A stretch of DNA of 64,000 bases from Octopus sinensis (GCF_006345805.1 NC_043023.1:6944001-7008000); one strand, 5' to 3'; positions 50,576 through 62,894 are shown, numbered from the stretch's first letter. Notes: generated by a model from the letters alone, not told the origin. Made by a program: numbers and translations.

Positions 50576-51030
50576 CATCATCATCGTTTAACGTCCGTTC
50601 TCCATGCTAGCATGGGTTGGACAGTTCGATCGGGAATCTGGGAAGCCAGAAGGCTGCACCAGGCTCCAGTCTTATCTGGCAGTGTTTCTACAGCTGGATG
50701 CCCTTCCTAATGCCAACCACTCCGTGAGTGTAGTGGGTGCTTTTTACATGCCACCAGCACAGGTGCCAGGCGAGGTTGGCAACAGCCACAATCGGATCGG
50801 TGCATTTTACGTGCCACCGGCATGGAAGCCAGTCGAGGTGGCACTGGCATCGGCCACGATTCGGATGGTGCTTTTTACGTGCCACCGGCACAGGGATCAC
50901 AACTGCAGTTTCCATTGATTTTGATGTTGGTGTACTTGACTCAATTTATCTCCTCAAGCGCAGGGTTGAAATGGTGTTTCTTCACTTGCCACCTGCACAG
51001 GAGTCAGTCCAGCGGTCCTAGCAACTGCCG
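50575..51030 (-). mobile_element. RTE 3'-UTR copy, tail-to-tail with the previous element
   Basis: catcatcgtttaacgtccg...ccatgctagcatgggttggac terminus shared with the 54210 LINE end. Confidence 0.75.
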
Positions 51031-51120
51031 GGTGCCACTCATAGGATTGGTGATAATAATAATAGTGTTTGGTTTGCTGGTTTTTTTCTATCTTTATTTC
51101 TTTCTTTTCTTTTTCTCTAG

Positions 51121-51318
51121 AATGTCATAAACAAGCAATGGGTTGGCTATTGTGGTGCTGACAAAATGGACATCAGGCTGACCCTCAACCAGTACCTGTA
51201 TGCCCACCACAACAAGGTGCCGTCCTTCATCCGCAACAAGTTGGTCAAGCTGGTTGTGGACATTGGCCGTACGGACTGGCCTCATTTCTACCCTGATTTC
51301 TTTACCAATATCCTTCAG
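51121..51318 (+). CDS. XPO6: XPO6 exon 4 (198 nt)
   Basis: ttttctctag|...CAG|gtgaga. NVINKQW...FIRNKLVKLVVDIGRTDWPHFYPDFFTNILQ. Confidence 0.95.
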
Positions 51319-51369
51319 GTGAGATTTGAAACTGCTTTTTTTCGGTTGATAAAAAAAGCCACTACACCA

Positions 51370-52065
51370 TCATCACCATCACATCGACTAACACTGTACA
51401 TTATGCCACTCTGCATCTCTACACTGCACAAAAACACCAAAACACTGCACAGCACCACTCCACACTGCACTATACCATTTTGCACAGTATAGCATTATGC
51501 GGCAAGCTGGCAGAATCGTTAGCACGCCGGGTGAAATGCTAAGCGGTATTTCGTCAGTCGATATGTTCTGAGTTCAAATTCCGCCGAGGTCGACTTTGCC
51601 TTTCGTCTTTTTGGGGAAGATAAATTAAGTACCAAATAAACACTGGAGCCGATACAATCGCCCCTTCCTAAAATTGCTGCCCTTGTGGCAAAATTTGAAA
51701 CCATTATACCACATTGCACACACTATACTATACCATTGCACCACTCTGCACTGTTACACTCTGTGTTGCACCATGCCACTGCACTACACTGTCACACTTG
51801 CACTGCACTTCTCTACACTGTGCAGCCCTGCTCTTCACTACTGCACTGCACCACCCCACAACACTTCACCACACTGCACTTTGCCACTCTACATTGCATC
51901 ATACCAGTTCACACTTCACTGCACCAAAATACACTGCACAGCACCACTCCATACAACATTACACTACACCACACCAAATCACACCATTCCACACTGTAGC
52001 ACACAACACCATGTTATACCACTCCATACCACACTATTCCACACACCACCACACACATTCTCATG
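51370..52065. repeat. Degenerate CAC(T/A)-pentamer low-complexity tract interrupted by a SINE B
   Basis: acactgcac/ctacac units on both sides of 51500-51710. Confidence 0.7.
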
Positions 52066-52081
52066 TGTTCCCTTCTTTTAG

Positions 52082-52241
52082 TTGGTACAGGACAGCGAAA
52101 CAGTGACCCTGGGTGTGTTACTTCTCAAGATGACCTCTGAGGAGCTGATGGCACCAAGGGAAGATCTAAGTATGGCACGCAAAGAGGAGCTTCACCGACT
52201 TTTGCTGGCACAGATCCCTACAGTATTAAACCTATTGAATA
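52082..52241 (+). CDS. XPO6: XPO6 exon 5 (160 nt)
   Basis: ttcttttag|...A|gtaagt. LVQDSETVTLGVLLLKMTSEELMAPREDLSMARKEELHRLLLAQIPTVLNLLN. Confidence 0.95.
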
Positions 52242-52414
52242 GTAAGTCAGGTTGTCTCTGTTTGGATGGGGAAGATCTTGGTAGGAGAGGCCCTTATTGT
52301 TCTGTATCAAGGGTGCTTGTGTAGATGTGTGCCTCTTTTACTTTGGGCCATACTGCTCTTGAGTGAGCAGAGCAGCCAGCATGTAACAACTTAAGCAAGA
52401 GAGAGAGAGTTGCA

Positions 52415-52822
52415 CTAGCTGAGGTTGATAGAAGTGACAAAGTAGAGTGGTGTGTCTTGTCTAAGGTCTTACAGCTGAGGTTGAATGAAGTGACAACTAG
52501 AGTGGTGTGTCTTGTCTAAGGTTTACATCTGAGGTTGACTGAAGGGACAAGTAGAATGGTGTGTCTTGTCTAAGGTTGACTGTGGTGACAAAGTAGAGTG
52601 GTGTGTCTTGTCTAAGGTTTACAACTGAGGTTGACTGAAGGGACAAGTAGAGTGGTGTGTCTTGTCTAAGGTTTACAGCTGAGGTTGACTGAGGGGACAA
52701 GTAGAGTGGTGTATCTTGTCTAAGGTTTACATCTGAGATTGACTGATGTGACAAGTAGAGTGGTGTGTCTTGTCTAAAGTTTACAGCTGTGGTTGACTGA
52801 GTGGAGTGTCTTGTCTAAGGTC
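52415..52822. repeat. 54-bp minisatellite x ~7
   Basis: Unit gacaagtagagtggtgtgtcttgtctaaggtttacagctgaggttgactgaagg. Confidence 0.85.
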
Positions 52823-52969
52823 TAAAATTTCCTGTTTTAAAGTGACTTAAATTCCATCAAAATTTCTTATGTTCTAAACCCTAGCTTGATAACGACAAAG
52901 CTGTTTTACTAAATTCTTCAGTATTTTCAAAATTAAGTGTAACAAAGTGTATTTCAACAGAAATATGGT

Positions 52970-53397
52970 AGCAGGAGTGGCTGTGTGGTAAGTAGCTTGT
53001 TTACCAACCACATGGTTCTGGGTTCAGTCCCACTGCGTGGTACCTTGGGCAAGTTCAAGTGTCTTCTATAGCTGGGCCGACCAAAGCCTTGTGAGTGGAT
53101 TTGGTAGACGGAAACTGAAAGAAGCCTGTCGTATATATGTATATATATATATATGTATGTGTATGCGTGGTGTGTTTGTGTGTCTGTGTTTGTCCCCCTA
53201 GCATTGCTTGACAACCAATGCTGGTGTGTTTATGTCTCCGTTACTTAGCGGTTTGGCAAAAAGAGACCGATAGCATAAGTACTGGGCTTACAAAAGAATA
53301 AGTCCCGGGGTCGAGTTGATCGATTAAAGGCGGTGCTCCAGCATGGCCACAGTCAAATGACTGAAACAAGTAAAAGAGTAAAGAGTAAGAGTAAAAG
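52970..53397 (+). mobile_element. SINE family A
   Basis: Same consensus. Confidence 0.8.
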
Positions 53398-53536
53398 GGT
53401 TAAAGTGATCTAAATTAAAACCTTCCTTCAAAATTTCCTGTGAAGTCTGCTTGTCTTTTTTTCTCTAATCTCCACCACAACCCTGATTTGAACCAGCCAT
53501 TGCTGAAGCCTTGATTGTCTTTAATCTCTCTTTCAG

Positions 53537-53674
53537 ATATTCTTGAGTCCGTTTTAGAGAAACATTGGCACCTGGTGGCAGCCACCCCTCCACCGTCACC
53601 GACTCAGGGAGATTCGGGGACGCGGCAACGAGGTTCATCCCTGATGTTGTTCTCTTCCTCTCCTTTGCAATCAG
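53537..53674 (+). CDS. XPO6: XPO6 exon 6 (3' end uncertain: 53674 or 53632)
   Basis: tctctttcag|. ILESVLEKHWHLVAATPPPSPTQGDSG matches the conserved TAATPPPSPTSGESG. Two phase-1 donors: CAG|gtttgt at 53675 and GAG|gttcat at 53633. Confidence 0.85.
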
Positions 53675-53699
53675 GTTTGTGTGATTTTGTATACACATA

Positions 53700-54169
53700 C
53701 CCTAAATCCTTGTAGGGGGCTGTACCTCTGAAAAACCTAAACCTTGTGTATAATACGCACCCCTTCTCTAACTTGAGTCAAGGAGGTCTATATAACGTCC
53801 TTGGTTTGTAAAAATGTATATGGTAACGTCCTTTTTATTATGTATATAAACATAATGCAAACGTGTAGCTTTTTTGTGCATTTTGTTTGCAGAAAATAAA
53901 GAAATAACAGTAATAACGTTTAATAAATGTTGCTTACTGCAAGTTATGGATGATTCTTTTATGACTTCATTGCTTTCAGGCTTAGCTTAAGGTATTTTCA
54001 TGCCCAACATCACAAAATGTGTCTGAATAAACATTGCTGGACAGCAAATAGAGACTCAGACATTGCTTAGAAAATATTTTTCATTTTTAACCTCGTATAT
54101 AGTACGCACTAGGGATTTTGACCATTAAATTTTGGGGAAAAAATGCGGATTATACTCAAGGATTTACTG
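53700..54169 (-). mobile_element. Tc1/pogo-type MITE (copy 2, inverted relative to copy 1)
   Basis: Reverse complement of 49458-49971 over ~450 bp; TA flanks. Confidence 0.75.
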
Positions 54170-54209
54170 TACACACGGGTACATACAGTTTTGCATTCAT
54201 CTGCCCTTA

Positions 54210-57200
54210 CATCATCATCATCATCATTTAGCGTCCGTTTTCCATGCTAGCATGGGTTGGACGGTTCTACTGGGGTCTGTGAAGCCAGAAGGCTTCATCA
54301 GGCCCAGTCAAATCTGGCAGTGTTTCTACGGCTGGATGCCCTTCCTAATGCCAACCACTCCGTGAGTGTAGTGGGTGCTTTTTACGTGCCACCCGCACTG
54401 GTGCCAGACAGAGCTGGCAAACGGCCACGAACGGATGGTGCTTTTTATGTGCCACCGGCACGAGGGCCAGGCGAGGCTGGCAACGGACACGAAACGGGGC
54501 GGTGCTGGCAACGGTCGCGAAACGGAAAGTTCTCTTACATGCCACCGGCACTGGTGACACATCTGCAATTTCCATTGATCGATTTCCATTGATCGATTTC
54601 GATTCTGATCCTCACTTGCCTCAATGGGTCTTCACAAGCAGAGTTTCGACATGCCACCGGCACTGGTAGCACATCCGCAATTTCCATTGATCGATTTCGA
54701 TTCTGATCCTCACTTGCCTCAACACGTCTTCACAAGTAGAGTTTTGTGTCCCAAGAAGGGAAGGTATGCATACGTAGGCTGGCTCCATCCCATGTAGAAG
54801 GCCACGGGTTGTGGACTCACTTGTCTGCCGGGTCTTCTCGCGCACAGCACACTTCCAGAGGTCTCGGTCTCTAGTCATTTCCTCAGTGAGACCTAAAGTT
54901 CGAAGGTCGTGCTTCACCACCTCGTCCCAGGTTTTCCTGGGTCTGCCTCTTCCACAGGTTCCCTCAACCGCTAGGGTGTGGCACTTTTTCACACAACTAT
55001 CTTCATCCATTCTCGCCACATGACCATACCAGCGCAAACGTCTCTCTTGCACACCACAACTGATGCTTCTTAGGTCCAGCTTTTCTCTCAAGGTACTTAC
55101 ACTCTGCCGATGTGAGTACCGGCATTACACATCCATCGGAGCATACTGGCTTCATTTCTAGCGAGCTTACGCATATCTCAGCAGTCACGGCCCATGTTTC
55201 ACTGCCATGTAGCATGGCTGTTCGTACACACGCATCATACAGTCTGCCTTTCACTCTGTGTGAGAGGCCTTTTGTCACCAGCAGAGTAAGAGCTCTCTGA
55301 ACTTTGCCCAAGCTATTCTTACTCTAGCAGTTACACTTTCAGCACACCCACCCCCGCTGCTGACTTGGTCACCTAGGTAACGGAAACTATCAACTATTTC
55401 TAGTTTTTCTCCCTGGAAAGTGACGGAAGTTGGTCTCAGAGCATTTTCAGTGTTTATTGTTCCTGAGCATCTGCCACATACAAAAACCATCTTCCTAGTT
55501 AGCCTTCCTTTGACATTGCTGCATCTCTTATGTGTCCATAGCTTACACTTGGTGCATCTTATAGAGTTTCTACCTACACCTTTTCTACAGATCGAGCAGG
55601 GCCATCTACCTGAAGGTGTTGTGATTTGTCTACCTTCCTACTGATTACGACTTTGGTTTTAGCTAGATTGACTCTGAGGCCCTTCGATTCTAATCCTTGT
55701 TTCCACACCTGAAACTTCTCCTCCAGTTCTGATAGCGACTCAGCAATTAGAGCAAGGTCATCAGCATAGAGGAGCTCCCAAGGGCATCCTGTCTTGAATT
55801 CCTCCGTTATTGCCTGGAGGACTATGATAAATAGGAGGGGGCTGAGTACTGAGCCTTGGTGGACCCCTACCTCTACCCGGAATTCTTCACTGTACTCATT
55901 TCCAACCCTCACCCTACTAGCGGCGTCCCTATACATGGCCCGCACAGCTCTCACTAACCATTCATCTATCCCTAGTTTTCTCATTGCCCACCAGATAAGG
56001 GATCGGGGGACCCTGTCGAAGGCTTTCTCCATGTCAACAAAAGCCAGGTACAGGGGCTTATCTTTGGCTAGGTATTTCTCCTGCAGCTGCCTTACCAGGA
56101 ATATAGCATCAGTAGTACTTTTCCTGGCACAAACCCAAACTGCATCTCATCTAAACTAACTCTCTCTCTAATTAGTGGGGCTATGACCCTCTCCGTAACC
56201 TTCATCACCTGGTCCAACAGCTTGATACCTCTGTAGTTATTTGTATCTAGGGCATCACCTTTACCTTTGTAGCAGTTGACTATTATACTGCTACACCAGT
56301 CATTGGGTATGACCCCTTTGTGTATCACCTGATTAACTATATGGGTGACTAGGCTATAGCCGACACTACCAGACATTTTGAGCATCTCTGCAGTGATTCC
56401 TGATGGGCCTGGGGCTTTCCCTGTCTTCATGCTTCTAATTGCCTTAGCTACCACAGAACTATCAACTCGGATAGCTGGTCCCTCTGTTGGGTCAACATTC
56501 GGCAGACTCTTTATCCCATTCATTTTCTTCATTCAGCAACCTTTCATAGTGGCATCTCCAAACCTCTCTCTTCGCATCCTCATTTAGCGCAAATGAACCA
56601 TCTCCATGCGAACACACTTCTCTCCTACCACATCACGATTCTCTCTCAAACACTGTCTTGCAACACGAAACACCTCCAGTCTTTGGTCCTCACGGCGCAG
56701 AACATTGGCAAATTTTTCTTATCTGCTTCCCCTCTGGCTAAATAAACCTGTCTCCTAGCTTCTCTTTTGGCAGTCTGATACAATTCCCTGCTACCCCATT
56801 TTTCCAGACCTTCCAAGCCTGTCTCTTTTCTCTAATAGCCCTGTCTACAATATTGTTCCACCACCACGTTATTCTAGGTCGAGAGGGGACTTTGCACCAG
56901 CCACAGATCTGGTCAGTGGCTCTCAGCAGGTTGTCCCTTAGAAACGTCCAGCTGTCTTCTACCCCCTGTGATGCTCTATCCCCTCTACTTCGTCAGAGGC
57001 TTCAAGTAATATGTCCCTAAATCTCTGTCCATTTGCAGGATCTTTAAGCTTCCAGATCCTTCTTCTCCATATTTGTCGTCTTCTGGTTGTCCTCCTAGTC
57101 CTGATCCTAAAGTCACTAACTACCAGTCTATGTGTGGGTACATTCTTCACCTGGGAAGGTTTTGGCATTATAAGCAGCCATCTCTCCCTTTGCCTTGTAA

Positions 57201-57795
57201 GGATGTAGTCAATTTGGCTGGTATGTTGGCCCGATTGGTAAGTGACTAGGTGGCTGGTAGGTTTCCTGAAGTTAGTGTTGCAAATCATAAGATTATTTGC
57301 ATCGCAGAACTCCAGCAGCCTGGTTCCCTCCTCGTTGCGGGAGCCATAGCCATAGCCTCCATGTACGCCATGGAAGCCCCCAGCATGTCGTCCAACGTGA
57401 CCATTGAAGTCACCAGCCACAAAGATAAGGTCTCTGTCGTTCGTCAATGAGGTAGTCTGCAGTAGAGTGTCATAGAATCGGTCTTTCTGTCCATCGGGTA
57501 GCCCCGACTGAGGAGCATAGGCTGATATAACGGTTGCTAAACTATGATGATGAAGCACTAATCTAATCTTAAGTATCTGTCTCACTTACTCTGATTACCT
57601 CAATACTTTATCACCCATTCTCAGCGATAAGTATAACCCGCCACCAAACCCGTCAGTGTTCCCTGCCCAGAAAATCTATTGTACCTGCGTTCCTTGCCTG
57701 TGAGGAAACTAGCTGATCCTCCTCTCCACCTTATTTCTTGCATGCAACATATATCACACATCTCCGTTCAAGCATCTCGACTATCTCACCAGACT
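54210..57795 (-). mobile_element. Near full-length RTE-clade LINE (APE endonuclease, RT, PHD-like finger) with (GAT)n tail, frameshifted
   Basis: AYAPQ, AGDFNGHVG and SQIDYIL (APE). QFGF, KAFDRV, GVHQGSVLSPLLF and LLYADDL (RT). RLRWYGHV and GRGRPRKTW (RTE C-terminus). The 3' UTR ends in a catcat run at 54210-54227. Confidence 0.95.
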
Positions 57796-58382
57796 AGATA
57801 ATAAAAATGTTGCATATACAACTATACACATATAGCTATATAGTTACACACACACATTATCATTATCCCCCGAAATTACTGGTCTTATGCCAAAATTTGA
57901 AATCAAGGTGGTGAGCTGACTGAATATTTAGCACGCTGGGCAAAACACTTTGTAACATTTTGTCCATTTTTACGTTCTGGGTTCAAATCTCACCGGGGGT
58001 CTACTTTGCCGTTCATCCTTTCGGGGTTGATAAATTAAGTACCAGTCAAGTACTGGGGTTAATGTGATCAAGTATCCTACTGTCCCTAAATTTCAGGCCT
58101 TTGGCATGTGGTAGAGAGGATTATTGTTGTTGTTGTTAAGGCGGTGAGCTGGCAGAACCGTTAGCATGCCGGGTGAAATGCTTAGTGGTATTTCGTCTAT
58201 GTTCGTGTTCTGAGTTCAAATTCCACCGGGTTCTACTTTGCCTTTCATCCTTTCAGCATCAATAAAGTACCAGTTACACACTGGGGTCAATATAATTGAC
58301 TGGGCCCCTCATTCCAAATTTCAGGTCTTGTGCCTATAGTAGAAAGGATTATTATTATTATTATTATATTATTATTATTATT

Positions 58383-58722
58383 GAGACCCCCTTCGGTCAC
58401 GACACTGACCATGGGATTGCACCTAGAAATTTACCCTCCCAGGCACAAGTCTGGACAAGGTGGTTTGTGCAAGACCAGCAGTCGCCCATGCATACCGGCC
58501 TCCCCTCTCCACGCCACCAGTGTTATCCAAGGAAAAGGCAAAGGGGCCGATACAGCTTGGCACCAGTGACATTGCAACTCATTTCTACAGCTGAGTGAAC
58601 TGGAGCAACGTGAAATAAAGTGCCTTGCTCAAGAACACAACACGCAGCCCGGTCCGGGATTTGAACTCACAACCTCACAATCATAAGCTCAACGCTCTAA
58701 CCACTGAGCCATGCGCCTTCAC
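58383..58722 (-). mobile_element. tRNA-derived SINE family C inserted in an (ATT)n microsatellite
   Basis: Minus head ggcgcatggctcagtggttagagcg...gagttcaaatcccgg; attatt runs on both sides. Confidence 0.7.
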
Positions 58723-59267
58723 AATTATTATTATTATTGTAAATGTTGTTGTTAAGGCATTGAACTGGCAGAATTGTTAGCACGCCTGGCGAAATACTTA
58801 ATGACATTTCATCTATCTTTATGTTCTGAGTTCAAATTTTGCTGAGGTCAACTTTGCCTTTGATCCTTCTGAGGTCGGTAAAATAAGTACCAGTTCAGCT
58901 CTGGGGTTGATGTGATTGACTTCCTTATCCCTCAGAATTGCTGGCATTGTGCCAAAAGTTAAGAAAGGATTGTTATTTTTGCTGTTGTTTGTTGTTATTA
59001 TTTGATGATGCTAATGTGTTACACTCTAAATTCTCGCTTTTGTTTCTTTTTTCTTTTTCTCTCCCTGCTCCTACTTTCTTCTCTCACTTCCCACCTACTT
59101 CTTTCCTCTCCCTCCCCCATCCTTGCTTCACACCATATTTCCTCAAACGCTCCACTGACCCATTTGCTACTACTATACACTACCGTACCTTCCCATCTAC
59201 CACTTCTTTCTCCTCTTCCTCCTCCTCATCGTCCTCCTTCTCCTCCTACTCCACAACCTTTCTCCAG

Positions 59268-60039
59268 ACAGTCTGCTGAGTAACATGTTCAAATCCCCGT
59301 CGAGCGGCAACCGCAGCCTACAACTGGAGGCCCTCCCCCCTCTGGACGTGTCTTCGTCACTGCTCTGCGAACTCTCCCTCGAGTGCCTGGCCCACTACTT
59401 CACGTGGGTGCCGCTCTCCAACACCATCACGCCCAACCTCCTTAGTACCATCTTCCACTTTGCAGCGTTTGGCTGCGAGGTCCGCTCTAGCTATCACCAC
59501 CACCATCTCCATCACCGGAGTGGCGGTGGTGGCGTCCTCATAACTGGCGGGGGTGGTGTCAACACCACCGGCGCGACGGGGGGTGGCAGTGGAGTCCCTG
59601 GCTCCCCTGCCACCGGAGGTGAGCGAGTGGGCGGTGGTGGCAACAACAACAACAACAACAGCAGTAGAGGTAGAAGTGGTGGTGGTGGCATCGGTGGCTC
59701 TGCTACGTCCACCTCGGCTAATGCGGCATCTGCTACTGGCGGTGCCATTGCCAACACCCCTGTTTCTGCTTCTACTGCTGCTGCTGCCGCTGGTGCTGCT
59801 GCGACTTGCCCCAGCAATGGTGGTGGAGGAGCTGGCATTGTGGCACCGGCCAACACTCAGTCCCTGGGTGTGTTGGCGATGAACTGCATCAATGAGCTAC
59901 TGTCGAAGAACTGCGTTCCTCAGGAGTTTGAGGACTTCCTACTACAGATGTTCCAGCAGACGTTCTTCTTGCTGCAGCGCCTTACCAAAGAAAGTACCCT
60001 GAATACCAGCGGTAACAAACTGGCTGACCTTGATGAATG
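59268..60039 (+). CDS. XPO6: XPO6 exon 7 (772 nt), with a long Gly/Ala/His/Asn-rich insertion
   Basis: ttctccag|...TG|gtatgt. Contains LECLAHYFTWVPLS and LGVLAMNCINELLSKNCVPQEFEDFLLQMFQQTF. Confidence 0.95.
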
Positions 60040-60069
60040 GTATGTATGTTTTAAGTTTGAAAAATAAAT

Positions 60070-61385
60070 ATAATGTGGATGTTCTGTTAGAACAGATTAT
60101 ACTGTGGTAGTTACCATGAGAGAAACTCTCATATTGTCCTTTGGTGCAAAATATACTCTTGTTTATATATTACTAGTGAGGAGATAAGTCCCCACTATCT
60201 TCAACACAGACCACCAGATCATGGGATTTCAATCTCCCTTGGTCTTGTTAATGATGGACACTTGACCACTACAGGCAACAGTGATTCATCTCCCCTCCAG
60301 CGACATATAGAACAATAGTTCCAGAAGAGGTGCTGGTGCTGCAATTAGCAAGTGACATTATTAAAAATATATATATTGGCAAGAAGGCAGTATTAATACT
60401 GGGAATTTAATATATATCTCCTTCCCTTTGTCTTGTCCAATGATGGACACTTGACCCCTAGAGGCAACAGTGATTCATATACCCCTCTAGCAATATATAG
60501 AATAACAGTTCCAGAAGAGGCACAAGTATCACAATTATCCAGTGACTTTATTAAAAAATATATATATTAACAACAAGGCATTATTAGTACCAAGAGGTCA
60601 ATGTTTATTCCTATTTAAATGTGGATGTTCTGTTAGAACAGATTATACTGTGGTAGTTACCATGAGAGAAACTCTCATATTGTCCTTTGGTGCAAAATGT
60701 ACTCTTATTTATATATCACTAGTAAGGAGATAAGTCTCCACTATCCCCAGCATTGAGACCACTAGATCATGGGATTTTGACCTCCTTTGGTCTTGTCAAT
60801 GACGGATGCTAGACTGATAGCTGCAATTTATCTCCCCACCAGCGATATATAGGATAACAGGTCCAGAGTAGGTGCTAGTGTTGTGATTAGTTAGTGAGCT
60901 TGTTAAAAATATGCTTATTGGCAACAAAAGCAGTATTGATATTGAGAGGTGATATTTATTTCCACTTAAAATGTGGATGTTCTGTTAGAACAGATCATAC
61001 TGTGGTAAATACCATGAGAGAAACTCTCATATTGACCTTTGGTGCAAATGCACTATTGTTTATATCACTAGAGGGGAGATAAATCCTCATCACCTCCAGC
61101 ACTGAGACCACCAGATCACAGGATTTCCACCTTCCTTGATCTTGTCCAATGATTGGCAGCGGCAACAGTGATTCATCTGCCCTCTAACAATATATAGAAT
61201 AACAGTTCCAGAAGAGGCGCTGGTGTCACAATTAGCTAGTGACTTTATTAAAAAATATATATTAGCAACAAGGCAGTATAAATACCAAGAAGTTAATATT
61301 TATCCCCATTTAAGCATTGATGTTCTTTTAGAACAGATTATCCTGTAGTAGTTACCACAAGAGAAACACTCGTATAGGCTTTTGG
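60070..61385. repeat. Degenerate ~345-bp tandem repeat with a partial internal duplication
   Basis: Landmark gatgttctgttagaacaga at ~60077, 60625, 60976, 61319. Confidence 0.8.
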
Positions 61386-61399
61386 TGCAAAATGTTCTC

Positions 61400-61408
61400 T
61401 TGTATATG

Positions 61409-61439
<31 letters not shown>

Positions 61440-61492
61440 ATATGTATGTATGTGTATATATGTATTTGTAGATATGAATGTATGTGTGTATA

Positions 61493-61543
<51 letters not shown>

Positions 61544-61596
61544 ATATATATGTGTGTGTGTGTGTATATATATGTGTGTGTGTGTGTATATATATA

Positions 61597-61641
<45 letters not shown>

Positions 61642-61765
61642 ATATATATATATGTGTGTGTGTGTGTATATATGTGTGTGTGTGTGTATATATATATATA
61701 TGTATGTGTGTATGTACATATGCACACATGTATATAATGTATGTAGGTATATGTATATATATATA
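61400..61765. repeat. (TA)/(TG) compound microsatellite
   Basis: Direct reading. Confidence 0.9.
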
Positions 61766-61984
61766 CAATTCTTGTTTGGAATGATGAAACTAGAAGCATA
61801 TAAAGCTATAAGTAAAAGCATAAAAATCCTTGGTTAAAAAATCCCTTTAGTTTGAAAATGTCAAAGGCTGCTATTTATAGTATATCATCTGACCTGTTTA
61901 GAAACCCTTCTCTTTGTCTCTTTAATTATAATATTGTTGCCGCTGATGATGATGTAACCTTCCTTTCCATTTCTCCCCATGCAG

Positions 61985-62111
61985 CTATGTAGAGAAATTC
62001 ACTGATTTCCTGCGGCTCTTTGTCAGTATTCATCTGAGGCGGTTTGAATCAAATGCGAAGTTCCCTGTGCTGGAGTTTCTTGCCCTTCTTTTTAAGTACA
62101 CTTTCAGGCAG
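61985..62111 (+). CDS. XPO6: XPO6 exon 8 (127 nt)
   Basis: ccccatgcag|...CAG|gtaggt. YVEKFTDFLRLFVSIHLRRFESNAKFPVLEFLALLFKYTFRQ. Confidence 0.95.
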
Positions 62112-62894
62112 GTAGGTGGAATATTTGTTGCTGTTGTATCCAGATACAGTTTAATTTGCTGCATGTGTGTGAGTGTGCATGCTATACTGTGCTGTATGTG
62201 GAAGAGGTCGTTCTGTTGATGATGATCACTAGAAGGGAGGCCTTGCGAGCCCCTTTGGTATTCACTGATCAAAATGATGACTAGTACAGCCCATACTGTG
62301 AGGCCCAACTGATAGGGATTGGTTGCATTTTAAGGGTTAAAACAGTCACAAGGTGATCTGTTTACAGCTCATTGGACTGGAGCAATGTGTAATGAAGTGT
62401 TATGTTTGAAAATACAGTGCATAGCATGTCTGGGAATTGAAACTATGACCTTGCGATTGTAAGTGCAACACCCTAACCACTAAGCCATGTTTCTCTACTT
62501 GTAATACTGATCAGGACAAAGGCAATGGTTAGTGTGGGGTGGTCATGGTGATGACTGTGTTGGCAAAAATATTCTGTTTTATGTACAATTTGCCAAGATC
62601 AGGCCTCTCATACTTACTCTCAATGTCATTCTAAAAATAAATTACCACATCAACAAAATCTCAAAGTTAAACAATAATTCATGATTAATTCGAAACAATG
62701 TGAATAAATAATTATTGCATTTGACAGAGTAACCTGAATGCTAAAGGGTTAAACAGGTCATACCATGCCTAAATATTCTATCAGTTTTATGTTCAGGTTG
62801 GCCACATCTAGTCTCTTACACTTAGTCTACAATGTCATTCTAAAGTAATACAATCATGTCATTGAAGTCTCAGTGCCACAAGATAAGCTGCCAT

